Assembly: GCA_009103225.1 (NCBI GenBank)
Contig: RHPI01002368.1
Location: 963,226-1,026,658 of the forward strand
Source of the DNA: Chlorokybus atmophyticus
Lineage: Eukaryota > Plantae > Mesostigma and Chlorokybus algae
Direction: 5' to 3'
DNA length: 63,433 bases
The translations under genes and the position numbers were made by a program. Under the pieces are notes generated by a model that saw only the letters and a program-made list of their open reading frames with translations, searched no databases and was not told the DNA's origin. Within the stretch, counting starts at the first letter, position 1; each line of letters opens with the position of its first letter. Shown here piece by piece: positions 1-11,443 of the stretch.

Positions 1-50
<50 letters not shown>
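1..50. repeat. (TG)n microsatellite in an intron of the G8-domain gene
   Basis: Perfect TG dinucleotide run at 1-50, followed by degenerate TGCG/CGCA repeats. Similar tracts fill most introns in the window. Confidence 0.95.
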
Positions 51-53
<3 letters not shown>

Positions 54-217
54 GCGTGCGCGTGCGCGCGTGCGCGTGTGCGTGTGCTTGTACGCGTGCA
101 CGCGTGTGCGCGTGCGCACGCGCGCACGCGTGCGCTCACGTATTTGAGCATATGCCGATAGGCAGGCACGCACGCACGCACGCACCCATACACCCATACA
201 CACTTAACTCCACTCAC

Positions 218-3200
218 TTGTGAAACTATCATTGCATCTGCGTGTTTGGAGCAGTCCACCGCTCCATTCCCATTCGGCACATTGGCATTCACATACACGT
301 AGTCGCATCCCCCGGGCGGGCAGTAGTCTAGCGCCAGGTCCTCCCACACCGGCATGCGGGCGTTGCGCTGCTTGACGGACATAATCAGGAGGCCGCGGGA
401 GGAGTCGAAGAAGAAGGAGTCGGAGGGGGAGGACCTGAGAGTGGGAGTGTAGGTGGGTGTGGGTGTGTACACATACACACATACACACATGCACACATTT
501 ACGCATACACATATATGCACATACAGACATGTACACCTATACACTCATGTATACATATGCACACCTCATTTCTTGTACATACACACATATACACCTACAC
601 ACATATACACCTACACACATGTACTCATACACATACACATATATGCACACTTATGCACTCGTATACACACATCTGTGCGTGTACCTCATGTCGACGAGTG
701 TGGTAGCTTTTCGTAGCGGCGTCTTGATCTGATCTCTATAGTTGCCGACACCCTTTGACACTTCATTGAGGGTCGTTTGCGGCGTGTAACACATCCTACA
801 CACACAATGAGTCACTACACACGATCTCACAGATAAGAAGTTCTCATACCCTTACATGAGCTCGACTGTGTCGTCTTTGTTGGCACTATTCAGTGTGAAC
901 GTGAGTTCGCTCGGGACGAAGAGGTCGAACCACATCGTGTATGATGCACCGAGGGACCACACGGGTTGATAGATGTTGAGCTGCGCGTGAACACCTGCAC
1001 AAGGCGGGGAACAACATTATCAGCAACATGGTTGAGATTCAGACACATACACACCTATACAGAATTACATGTGTACCTTGTTGTGTGTATATATGTAAGC
1101 ACTTGTACAGATACATGTGTATCTGTGCACAGATGCATTTGTATCTGTGCACATGTACACATGTACACACAAGTACACATGACCCCCCAACCCCCACCCC
1201 CCACCCACNTTCCCACTCACCCGCCAGTGCAATATCATAGTCCTTTGCGCTCGTCCCCGCGTCCCTATTATTCCGTACGGTATGCAGGTTGTTCCCGCCG
1301 TTCTGCGGTCCGCACGCGCCGATTGCTGTCCCGTGGCACTCGACCTCGCCGTTGGCGTAGCGGTGGGGACAGGCGAGGCCGAAAGCGGGGGAGGACAGGC
1401 AGGAGGGGGTCTGGGAGGGAGAAGATGTGTGTGTTTGAGTGAAGAAGAACGAAGTCATACATGTGCATACGCGTGTATCCACATGCACGTGCTTATGGTT
1501 ATGTGTGCGCGCGTGCGCACGCACACACATAAACACATAGGAGCATATATGGACGTCTGCATGTGTGTGCGCACGCCCCTAAGTGCCTTATATCTCATCA
1601 CATCGCTCACTACAAGCAATGCGACCTGATACAACTCACACTTGATACCATACACCCACCTACCCACCCACCCACCCACCCCCACACACACCCACCTGAT
1701 AATACGCCCACTTGTCCGGCACCACTGTCGCCATCCCTTTCCCCGTGACGCTCCCATCCACATCCAGTATCGTCGTAGTCTTCCCTCCATCCGCCAACAC
1801 GTCCGGATTGAACACCCTCACCGGCGAGTTGATGAACTTCGTCTTGTGGATCAAGGTACTGGTTGCCATGGCGAAGGCGTTGTAGTAGCGGGGGCCGATG
1901 GCGGTGGAGGGGAAGGAGGAGGAGGGGAGAGGGGAGGGGGAGGTGAAGTTGATGAAGACGCAAGAGTGGAGGATGGAGGGGCCGTCGTAAGCGCGGAAAC
2001 CGACCTGGGAGATGAGGTTGGTGTGATGTGGTGTGGGTGTGGGGAGGGTTGTGTATTTGGTGTTGTTGGACGGAGAAGAATGAAAGCTATGACGTATACA
2101 TGTACGTGTACACATGCACCCACATACCCACGTGCGGGTGGGTGGGTGCACACACATGTGTATGTGGGTGGGTCAGTTGGTCGGCTTGTATGTGCACGAA
2201 CACACACAAGCGCATGTAAAGCCACACACGCACACACGCGCACATTCGCACGCCTACGCGCGCACGTACACTTGCGCACACACACACACACACGCACACA
2301 CACATAACCCCACCCTCACCTGCCAGGTTGTGAGCGAGCTCGATCGCTTTGCGACGGCATCCCACCGTTGCACATTCGCCGTCGGCGTGGCCGGGTTCCC
2401 CACGTTCTCGCTCTGTCCCACAAAGGTGTTGTACAGGAACCGCGTCGTCCCCGCCGTCGGGTGGATGCCGTTGCTGGCGGTCTGCGCGCCCTCCATGGAA
2501 TCGGACCAGACGCAGGAGACGAAGTCCATCGTCATCATGCGGGCCCACACCGCGGCGCCACCTGTGTGCGTGCGTGTGAGAATGAGTATACATGTATCTG
2601 CACACAAGCGCCAATGTGCATGCGTGTGCGTGTATGCGCGTGCGTGCGTGCGTACACACACATACACACACACACACACACGCACACACGTGTATGCGCG
2701 CGTGCACTCATTTTTGTGTACCTGAGATGTGGTGTCCTTTGAATCGTGTAATAATGGTTCTTCCATTCGATGGACTCAACCCTACACCACACAAACACCC
2801 ACAATCAATCCCTCATCCTTCACCCACTCACCTTCCACATAAATCCCACCCACCTGCCGTGGACGCGTGCGGGGTTCCCAACCCGACGTCGGCGTTGTCA
2901 AACGCGGCGATGCTCTCGATGTTGAGGGCGCGACGGCTGGAGAACGCGACGTTGAGGTCGAAAGGCTGCATCGGGGCGGAGCTGGGATTGTACCTGGGAG
3001 CGCGTGTGTCTCAACATACACTCACGCACACATACACTCACGCACCTACATCCACACCCACATGAATGCACGCACGTACACAAGCACGGGTGCACACGCG
3101 TGCATGCACACACGCGCTTGCACGCACACACCTACGCGCGCATGCACAAGAAGTGCACGCACACACACAAACACTCGCCCCACTTACTTTGCGTATTGCG

Positions 3201-5878
3201 GCAGGTTCATTGATACACCCTCAGGTCCCAACCTCACTTGGAACCAGAACCCGGACCCCTCGCTTCCCGCCGCCACGTTGTTCACAATCGTGTTGTTCGC
3301 ATCTGCGCACCACATGGTCAATCTCTCTCCTGACACAACATTCCAACATGTCCACCTACTCACTTGTGATCCAGAATGCTGAGACAGAATTGCCGGGCAA
3401 GTCAGACCCGAGTCTAACGCCAGTTGTTTTGGCTCTGGTGAAAACAGCCAAATTACCCTGCAAGTGTAACACAAGAAGCAACTTGAAGTTGGGTATGTTG
3501 GTGTGGTTTGGGTGTGTTTGCAATGTGCGTGATGTGTGCTCACTCACCCGCAGCGTGTTGTTGAACTCGACGCCGTCTTCGAGGAAGAATGCGTGGCCGG
3601 AGATGTTGTATGCCACATTGTTGCTCACTGTCACACCCTGGAGAAAGCACACGCAGCATGAGCACACAGTCATGACACAAACGCACCCCCCCACCCCAAC
3701 CCCCACACACACACAGAATGTGCACCTGCGTGGCGTGGATGGTGACTGCTCGGAAGTTGCTGTCGTGTATTGAGTTGTGTCGCAGGTATGTGCCGACGGG
3801 GGCCATACCGCAAAGGTGGAAGTGCAGAGGGTACCTGCACAGGGGACAAAGCAGGTTGAGTGTGCTAAAGCAGCATGTTGGGTTGCCAGACACACACACA
3901 CACACACATGTACCACCCCCCACCCATCCCCAACATACCTCCCCAATATGCTCCCCTGTCCTCCATTGGCAACCTCCACTCCCTCCACTCTCGCCCTTCC
4001 AAACCCTTGCAACACAATCACACTCGCCCCATAATCGCCATCTTGCGTCCCAATGATCTTGATGCTCCTGGATAATAAACCCACGGGGGCGCGCTGGTCT
4101 GACCCATACGTCACGCGGCCGAAGTGCATGTACTTGAGAGGGGGGGAGAAGAGGATTGTGTTGTTGGGGGCGAAGCCTGGGGAGGGGGAAAGAGATAGAC
4201 ACATGAGCGTGCAGGCACATGTACGCACACAGAGACACATGAACACTATGCGTGAGGGCGTGCGTGCGTGTATGTGGGCGTGTCAAGCACACGTACGTGC
4301 ACACAGCAACACGCGCAGAAACAGCACACACACACACACACGCACCTGTGATAGAGACAACCTCCGCCTGCGCCGGGTCGTAGTCCGTGCTCGCCACCAC
4401 GATCTCATCCCCGACCGCCCATCCCGTGGGGTACCAGTTGAGTCGGAGGAGGGAGTCGCCCGCATTCGCTGTGTCTTTGAGGTTGAGCCAGGAGACGCGG
4501 GTGCCCTTGGAACCGTGGAGGTCGAGGATGCCACCTGGAAGGCAGGGCATGTGGGTATGTGCCGCACACGCGCCGCACTCACACACTCACGCACACATCT
4601 TACACAACACACGTCCACACACCCAACTCAACCCACCAGCATAGACTGCGATCATCTTCGACCCCGTCCCCGTCGGCAGCGTGATGTTGTTTCCCCCCGT
4701 TAGCACAATACTCACACTCTTCACCACTTTACACTCCTCGGACCCAACATACAACCCTCCATACACGGCGATATAGTCCGTGGCGAGACTCGCATCGGTG
4801 TCGGGAGAGAAGTAGAGAGAGCCGGAGGAAGATATCGTCAACCCGCCGGAGATGCGGGCGGAAGGGAGGTCGAAGAAGACGGGGGAGGAGATGGATATCG
4901 GGGTGGAGCTGATAGAGGGGTAGAGCTGTGGGGAGAAAGTGTGTAGGTGGGTGGGTGNNNNNNNNNNNNNNNNNNNNNNNNNNNNNNNNNNNNNNNNNNN
5001 NNNNNNNNNNNNNNNNNNNNNNNNNNNNNNNNNNNNNNNNNNNNNNNNNNNNNNNNNNNNNNNNNNNNNNNNNNNNNNNNNNNNNNNNNNNNNNNNNNNN
5101 NNNNNNNNNNNNNNNNNNNNNNNNNNNNNNNNNNNNNNNNNNNNNNNNNNNNNNNNNNNNNNNNNNNNNNNNNNNNNNNNNNNNNNNNNNNNNNNNNNNN
5201 NNNNNNNNNNNNNNNNNNNNNNNNNNNNNNNNNNNNNNNNNNNNNNNNNNNNNNNNNNNNNNNNNNNNNNNNNNNNNNNNNNNNNNNNNNNNNNNNNNNN
5301 NNNNNNNNNNNNNNNNNNNNNNNNNNNNNNNNNNNNNNNNNNNNNNNNNNNNNNNNNNNNNNNNNNNNNNNNNNNNNNNNNNNNNNNNNNNNNNNNNNNN
5401 NNNNNNNNNNNNNNNNNNNNNNNNNNNNNNNNNNNNNNNNNNNNNNNNNNNNNNNNNNNNNNNNNNNNNNNNNNNNNNNNNNNNNNNNNNNNNNNNNNNN
5501 NNNNNNNNNNNNNNNNNNNNNNNNNNNNNNNNNNNNNNNNNNNNNNNNNNNNNNNNNNNNNNNNNNNNNNNNNNNNNNNNNNNGGGGGAGGAGATGCACT
5601 TGTCTACACATTGTGCATGAATGCGTAGACAAGTGCAACTGGAGACACACCAATTCATGTAACACTCATAATACACACTCCACGAACCGTACACAACATC
5701 CTGCGTGTGCACACAACGTGTCACTGACCTGAGACCAGAGTTTGCAGGTTGGGCATGGGTTGGATGGGCAGGCGGCGACGGCAGAGGCGGCGAACAACGA
5801 CAAGCACAAGGACGTCGCTAGCACCGCGCACAGCCACCGCACCACCCCCTCCCCATGGCCGCCTCTACCAGGAGCCAT
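218..5878 (-). CDS. Secreted G8-domain / parallel beta-helix protein, CEMIP/TMEM2 (cell-surface hyaluronidase)-like; multi-exon, 3' end outside the window
   Basis: ATG at 5878 with signal-peptide-like MAPGRGGHGEGVVRWLCAVLATSLCLSLFAASAVAA. GT-AG exons include 5878-5729, 4925-4637, 4534-4346, 4176-3939, 3834-3726, 3637-3548, 3457-3364, 3302-3188, 2993-2854, ~2782-2722, ~2561-2324, ~2004-1695, ~1410-1222, ~997-857, ~795-688 and ~434-218, joining in frame. They give G8-like motifs (GLTISSSGSLYF, YIAVYGGLYVGSEEC, GGILDLHG, GDEIVVASTDYD) and TMEM2-type motifs (GRYPLHFHLCG, GHAFFLEDG, NNVAAGSEGSGFWF, GFRAYDGP, DVDGSVTG, FFDSSRGLL..YCPPGGC). An exon could be hidden in the gap at 4958-5583. Confidence 0.85.
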
Positions 5879-6274
5879 TGCTGCACAGTGTGACACAAAC
5901 ACACATACACACAATGCAGAGACAAGTGCATACACTTAAAGGCGGGAGAAGCCCGGTTAAGTGTTGGGCGCCGTAAAAGCAGGACTGCGGTCATTTGACC
6001 ATGAACAGCAATATGCGTTCGCAGTTAGGTGACTGAGGGCGGGACAGGGCGGTTTCCGTCGTCTAGTGACGGAGTTAAGCCTATTATTAGGGGCTGACTG
6101 GGGTTCAAAAATTGACCGGAGTTGTGTCCGCTACTGCGTTGTCTTTGTCGACAACGCCCACAACGCTGTAATTAGACCGCGTCATGATGCGCGTCATGCG
6201 TCGGCGTTGTTGTGCCGACCAGAGGCGGTGTACGTCAGCGTTGCTGCAATTCCTGATTGTCGACAGCGGCTGCG

Positions 6275-8553
6275 ATGGCGGCGGCGGGTAGTGCCGCCGC
6301 CTGGCGGGCATACGGTGGCGACTGCGTCAAGGAGCTCAAGGAGCAAAGCTATGAGGACCTGGCTGCGTCGCTGGTTGAGGTAAGCGAGAGCCAATCTCTG
6401 CCTCGCATGCTGAGGACATGGGCCAGGACATGGCCAAGCATGACGGTGGCTATGTCGTGGGCATGCATGCAGGCTTACCAGACCAACAACCTCGCCGCCG
6501 CCTCTTCCGCGGTGCAGCGTACCGACGCCATGCTCAAGGGTGGCTCGGGATGGCCGTTGCCATGCCTGAGGGAAGCGGCCTGCCTGGCCAGGGTGGCGCG
6601 AGCATGCCTGACTGTGGAGGACAAGCCTGAAGCCGCCATGCAGGATGTTGACATGGCGCTGATATTTGGCCTGCCTTACGCTGTGGTAGATGACACAGTG
6701 GAGGCGCTGGAAAGCCGCTTGCGCGCTCAACAAAGCGGTAATGCATTGCGTTGATCACCGTTTTGTCTAAATGCCATTATCCCTGCTTACTTTTGACCCT
6801 CATATGAAACCTTGCATACATATATGCAACCGTCTGAGCTCATGAGACTTTTGTGTCATGCAGCTGAACGCTTTGCTGGTAAGTTCCTATGGGCTGGAGG
6901 TTGTCCTGTTGCTGCGCCTCACATTGATCCCACGAGAAGCGTTCAGGTATGCATGCAGCTTGCATGCACACAGGTATGCATGCATGCGTGCATATGGATA
7001 GCATGCTTGTGTGCTGGAGCTGCATGCATGGAGGACACCACAGAAGTGGTCATGCATACTCGAGCGTCCAATGTGCGCGCACACGCGGGCACACGTACAC
7101 ACACAAGCATGCAAAGCCTAATCAGGCAGGCATGCAAGCAAGCACAGGCCATGCTTGCGTGCCTGATTAGGCGATCGCATGCTTGTAGCACACACATATC
7201 CTCTTTATAACACCCATAACTTGCCAGTTCAAAATATGTGTAGACATGCATTTAAGCCCAAATCATTTACAGCCTGCATCTTTGAAATTGTACACAGGCT
7301 GGTTCAACGCGTTGTTGTGCTTGCAAATGGTATACCTTGTGAACAGCAGCCATTGTGAAATATCTTTGGACATCCATTGACTTTCTGGTCAGGTTGCAGG
7401 TGCTTGAGTCGGCACCGTCTGCATCCGACTTCCGCAGCCGTTTCCTCAAAACAGAAATGCCTGTCATCATTAAAGGTCTGCAGAAGGGTTGGCCTGCAGC
7501 CGAAAAATGGAACAGCCTGCAGTATCTGGACAAGGTGCTCATATTTATCATGGGCTTGTATGGTGCGCTTACTACTTCTTGATACAAATGCATAACAGGT
7601 CTTGATCAAAGCATTGTCTTGTAGGTGTTAGGCCACAGGACTGTTCCAGTTGAGATTGGTCACGCGAACACTAAGTCCTTTCATGAAAAGGCCGCGCTTA
7701 TGAGCGATTTTATTGCTGAGTATCTGTCAAGCCAGGACCGAGTGGCCTACCTGGCTCAGCACCCTTTGCTGTCACAGGTATGCATGGCTTCATCACAGTC
7801 CAATAGTGTTTGGTAATTGAAATTTGTTTGTATGGTTGACGGGTATCCATGCAGGTGCCGGCGCTTGAAGCGGATGTAAGTGTCCCGACCTTGTGCAGTG
7901 AGGTGGCAGGCGATGATATCGCTGTAAGCGTGTGGCTCGGAACCGCCAACACACGGACACCATTGCATTGGGATTCTTATGAGAACTTCTTTGCGCAGGT
8001 GAGCAATCTGTGCTGTACTGTATATGTTATATCTGTTTGCCTTATGTATGCGAGGTGCATGCAGGTCCAAGGCTACAAGTATGTGAGACTGTATGCAAGG
8101 TCGGAGTCAATGAGGCTGTATGCATCAGAAAGCAAGGGCGGCTATGGCGCACAGGTGATTGTGTGTTTTGTCACCCTACTTGATACACACGCACACATAC
8201 TCGCACATGCATGCGCGTGGTCACAGCCGCATGCACACATGCATGCAGATTTGCGCACACACACATGCACGCATACGCACGCACACGCACGCACATACAC
8301 GTGTACACGTAAACATTGTGGTGACATTCCACTTCGACTCATTTGAATATGTATTCAACCGTGTTCCCAACAACAGGGCAACATAAGCAATGTGGACCCT
8401 GAGGCACCCGATTATGACAAGTATCCAACGTTCAAAGACGCCATTTACTTGGAGGTGGTGTTGGGTCCTGGAGACACGCTCTTCATCCCGGGCCGGGTTT
8501 GGCACTATGTGCGGTCACTTACACCCTCGTTTTCTGTCAGCTTCATGTTCTAG
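6275..8553 (+). CDS. JMJD5: JmjC-domain 2-oxoglutarate oxygenase, JMJD5/KDM8 (plant JMJ30)-like; multi-exon
   Basis: Exons encode DMALIFG (N-terminal region), [67 protein letters not shown] (HxD), [10 protein letters not shown] and [31 protein letters not shown] (distal His). Stop TAG at 8551-8553. The start ATG and any exons in 6740-7398 are less certain. Confidence 0.88.
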
Positions 8554-10069
8554 GTGTGCAAGATGGACTTGTTGTGTATTCCCATTAGTGTGGGCAGGTG
8601 TTGAGGATCAGACATGTGTGTGTGTGGGACTCACCAAAGCTTGTGGCGCAGCTCTATTGCAGCATCATGTTGTTCCCTTATATTTTATCTAAATGTTGCA
8701 CAAATGCCTCATTTGTACACAATCCCCCCCCAAAAAAGAAAATGTGTGGCGGGGCTGTCCTATATGGAGGGCGTTCCAATAGCTGCGGTGCATAGCGTTG
8801 TACAGAAAATGCGAGAGGGGTATGCCCATTCAGACCACATCACGCATGCAACACTTTGCAGAACACACTCACCTCGTTACTACATGCGCGACCACTAGGT
8901 TACCAACTCTACTCCTACACCTACATCTACGCCCCCCTGTCAGTCATGCATGCACAAGTTGCAATCGTGGTTATCTGCACCAGCGCCACCTGGTACGTGG
9001 CCCATTTACAACAGCACCAGCGGTCACAAGAGCAGCAGGACTTGGACTCCCCCTCCCTCCTCCTTTCCCTACACCCTCCTTCTCCCGTCGTCTGTGTAGT
9101 AGGGCGTTGCCGCCAGGTATGGCAAGAGCTGGCAATGCCTATGTACTTGAGAGTTAGATTGTGTAGTCATTGAGCAATGACAATGGCCTTGATTCTTTGC
9201 TCATGCTGCCAACTATGACATGATTGCGACTTGAGTACTAATGTTCTCTTCCAAATTTCCCCGCTCGCTCCCCCCTCAGCTCCGCGTGTTCCCTCTGAGT
9301 TATCCCTTTTGTTTCTCACATGCATTCAAAGGGGGCATGGCTTTTTCAACAAAGGGGCTCTATATGGTCAAACACAGCCTCCCCCCCCCCNNNNNNNNNN
9401 NNNNNNNNNNNNNNNNNNNNNNNNNNNNNNNNNNNNNNNNNNNNNNNNNNNNNNNNNNNNNNNNNNNNNNNNNNNNNNNNNNNNNNNNNNNNNNNNNNNN
9501 NNNNNNNNNNNNNNNNNNNNNNNNNNNNNNNNNNNNNNNNNNNNNNNNNNNNNNNNNNNNNNNNNNNNNNNNNNNNNNNNNNNNNNNNNNNNNNNNNNNN
9601 NNNNNCCCCCCCCCCCCCCCCCTTTTCATTTTTGTGAGGCCTACCATACGGAAATGAACTGTTTGACGCGTGTCCCATGTCGAGCATTCAATATGTATTG
9701 CATGACCTTGCTGCCACAGCAGTAGGGTCAATGGGCTGCATTAATCGATAGGCAGTTTTAGCGTGGAACATGTAATAAATAAATAATTCATTTTGCCTTC
9801 GCGATCATCATTTTATAATGAACAGTTTGTAGCCGTACCGTAGTAACGGGGGGGGGGGGGCATTGTGATCCGAAAATGTGGCGAGGTTTGTGCATGAACG
9901 AAATGAATAAAGCCACACACACACTTTTCACACACCCTTCGTGAATGACATTGTATGATGTGCATGCGGCATATGTGGCATACTTCACAACCACTACCAC
10001 ATAATATTAACACTATATCATCACATGTACTAGCTACCCATGCCTACTACAACGCCGCCTATACACCGC

Positions 10070-10313
10070 ACAGACCACACACAGATCCACAAGCCATCAC
10101 CAGCACAATCCAATCAAGCACAAGCTGGCATACTTTCGTTGTAAACTTTACAAACTCAGTACTACAATAGTAGTTAATTGTACCGCCGTCTATACAAAAA
10201 ACAGACCACACACAGATCCACAAGCCAGCACCAGCACGTTCAACCAAACGCCAGCTGGCATACTTTCGTTGTACACTTCACAAACTCAGTACTACAATAG
10301 TAAGCAATTGTAC
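10070..10313. repeat. Two-copy ~130-bp tandem repeat just 3' of the tRNA gene
   Basis: cagaccacacacagatccacaagcc...gctggcatactttcgttgta...caaactcagtactacaatagta occurs at ~10072 and ~10202. Confidence 0.9.
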
Positions 10314-10348
10314 TAAGCCAAATAGAGAAAAAATCGACATCAGCGAAG

Positions 10349-10421
10349 TTCCCACGCCGGGACTTGAACCCGGGTCTCGCGGGTGAGAGCCGCGTATCCT
10401 GACCAACTAGACTACGTGGGA
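10349..10421 (-). tRNA. tRNA-Glu (CTC anticodon)
   Basis: The reverse complement is TCCCACGTAGTCTAGTTGGTCAGGATACGCGGCTCTCACCCGCGAGACCCGGGTTCAAGTCCCGGCGTGGGAA. It has a 7-bp acceptor stem, a CGCGG/CCGCG anticodon stem around CTC and a GGTTCAAGTCC T-loop. A T6 Pol III terminator lies downstream (A run at 10328-10333) and the upstream sequence is AT-rich. Confidence 0.96.
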
Positions 10422-11201
10422 TGTCATGTTTATATGTGTCTTAAGTAACTTGTATAGATAAATAAACATATATAGATATATTTTAGCAACGGCTTGCTTG
10501 AGGGCTTTCATGGGTTTTGAGCGCTGCTTGGATATGGACACGTGTGTGCGCCATGACTCAGAGCCTGTAGCTTTCGGAAGGCATTGACTGCCACTGCGAT
10601 CACCATCAAGCACACATCCAAGTGTAAGTGTGGCATCCAGGTTTTGTGTTACCCATTGATAGCAACCAGGCTGTAGTCGAGAACAGGTAATAGCAAGCCA
10701 TGCATCATCGCGTTGTGACACGCATGTGATGGCTCGATTGGGAGAATGTTGCGATGGTGTTTATGCCCCCCTTCCCCGGGGCGCACATGTTGTTTTTTAT
10801 TGACAACTCATATCGGTTACAAGAGGGTCCGGGTTCTGTCCATGCCTAACACATTCAGCAGGTAACCAAAACACAGGACGCAACTCAACGCCTACATAGA
10901 GTCCGTAGCGCCAGCAAGCACGACATCCTCCTCCGCCATTGGTGGCACCATTTGCAGCAGCGCATATGTACACTTTTTAACCTTCACATCCCAACGCATT
11001 GGCGGCATGTCGCACTCATGTTCACTAACACGAATGCTGCTTGTAACCAACACACACTTCACAATTGAAATGGTGCAACAAATGATACGTATCAGTACTT
11101 GAAACTTGGAAAATGTTTGACACAAGGTGTCTCATTGCTTCTATTATCAAAGGCAACAAGCAATAGAAGTTGCCTAACACAAATATTGCATCTGAGTTTT
11201 G

Positions 11202-11386
11202 ATCCTCTAGGGACAAGCTTGCCGATGAACATGATTACAGTCCTAACTGGAGTATTTCACCCTCCACAGGCAAGCTTACCTTCGGAGGGTTAAAACATGG
11301 ATACTACTACACTACAAACACTAGAAAAGTGTACTTGAATTTCTAACCCTCCAGACGCAGAGGCAAAGTTGCCCCTGGGCAAGGTT
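11202..11386. repeat. Three spaced degenerate palindromes 3' of subtilase paralog 1
   Basis: Units at ~11202-11230, 11259-11290 (accctccacaggcaagcttaccttcggagggt) and 11345-11386. Confidence 0.7.
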
Positions 11387-11443
11387 AAATCAATTACGAC
11401 ACAATGTACAACAACAGGATGTCCGTGAGACCAGAGCCTCTGT

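Noticed and set aside
2-3400. Many His/Thr- or Cys/Val-rich ORFs in the supplied track
   Set aside because: They are translations of intronic (CA)n/(TG)n microsatellites. The real exons are on the minus strand.
6275-8553. JMJD5-like gene as a novelty
   Set aside because: An ordinary, widely conserved eukaryotic gene with an intact HxD...H motif.
8800-9330. Possible exon or TE fragment after JMJD5
   Set aside because: No coherent frame or motif.
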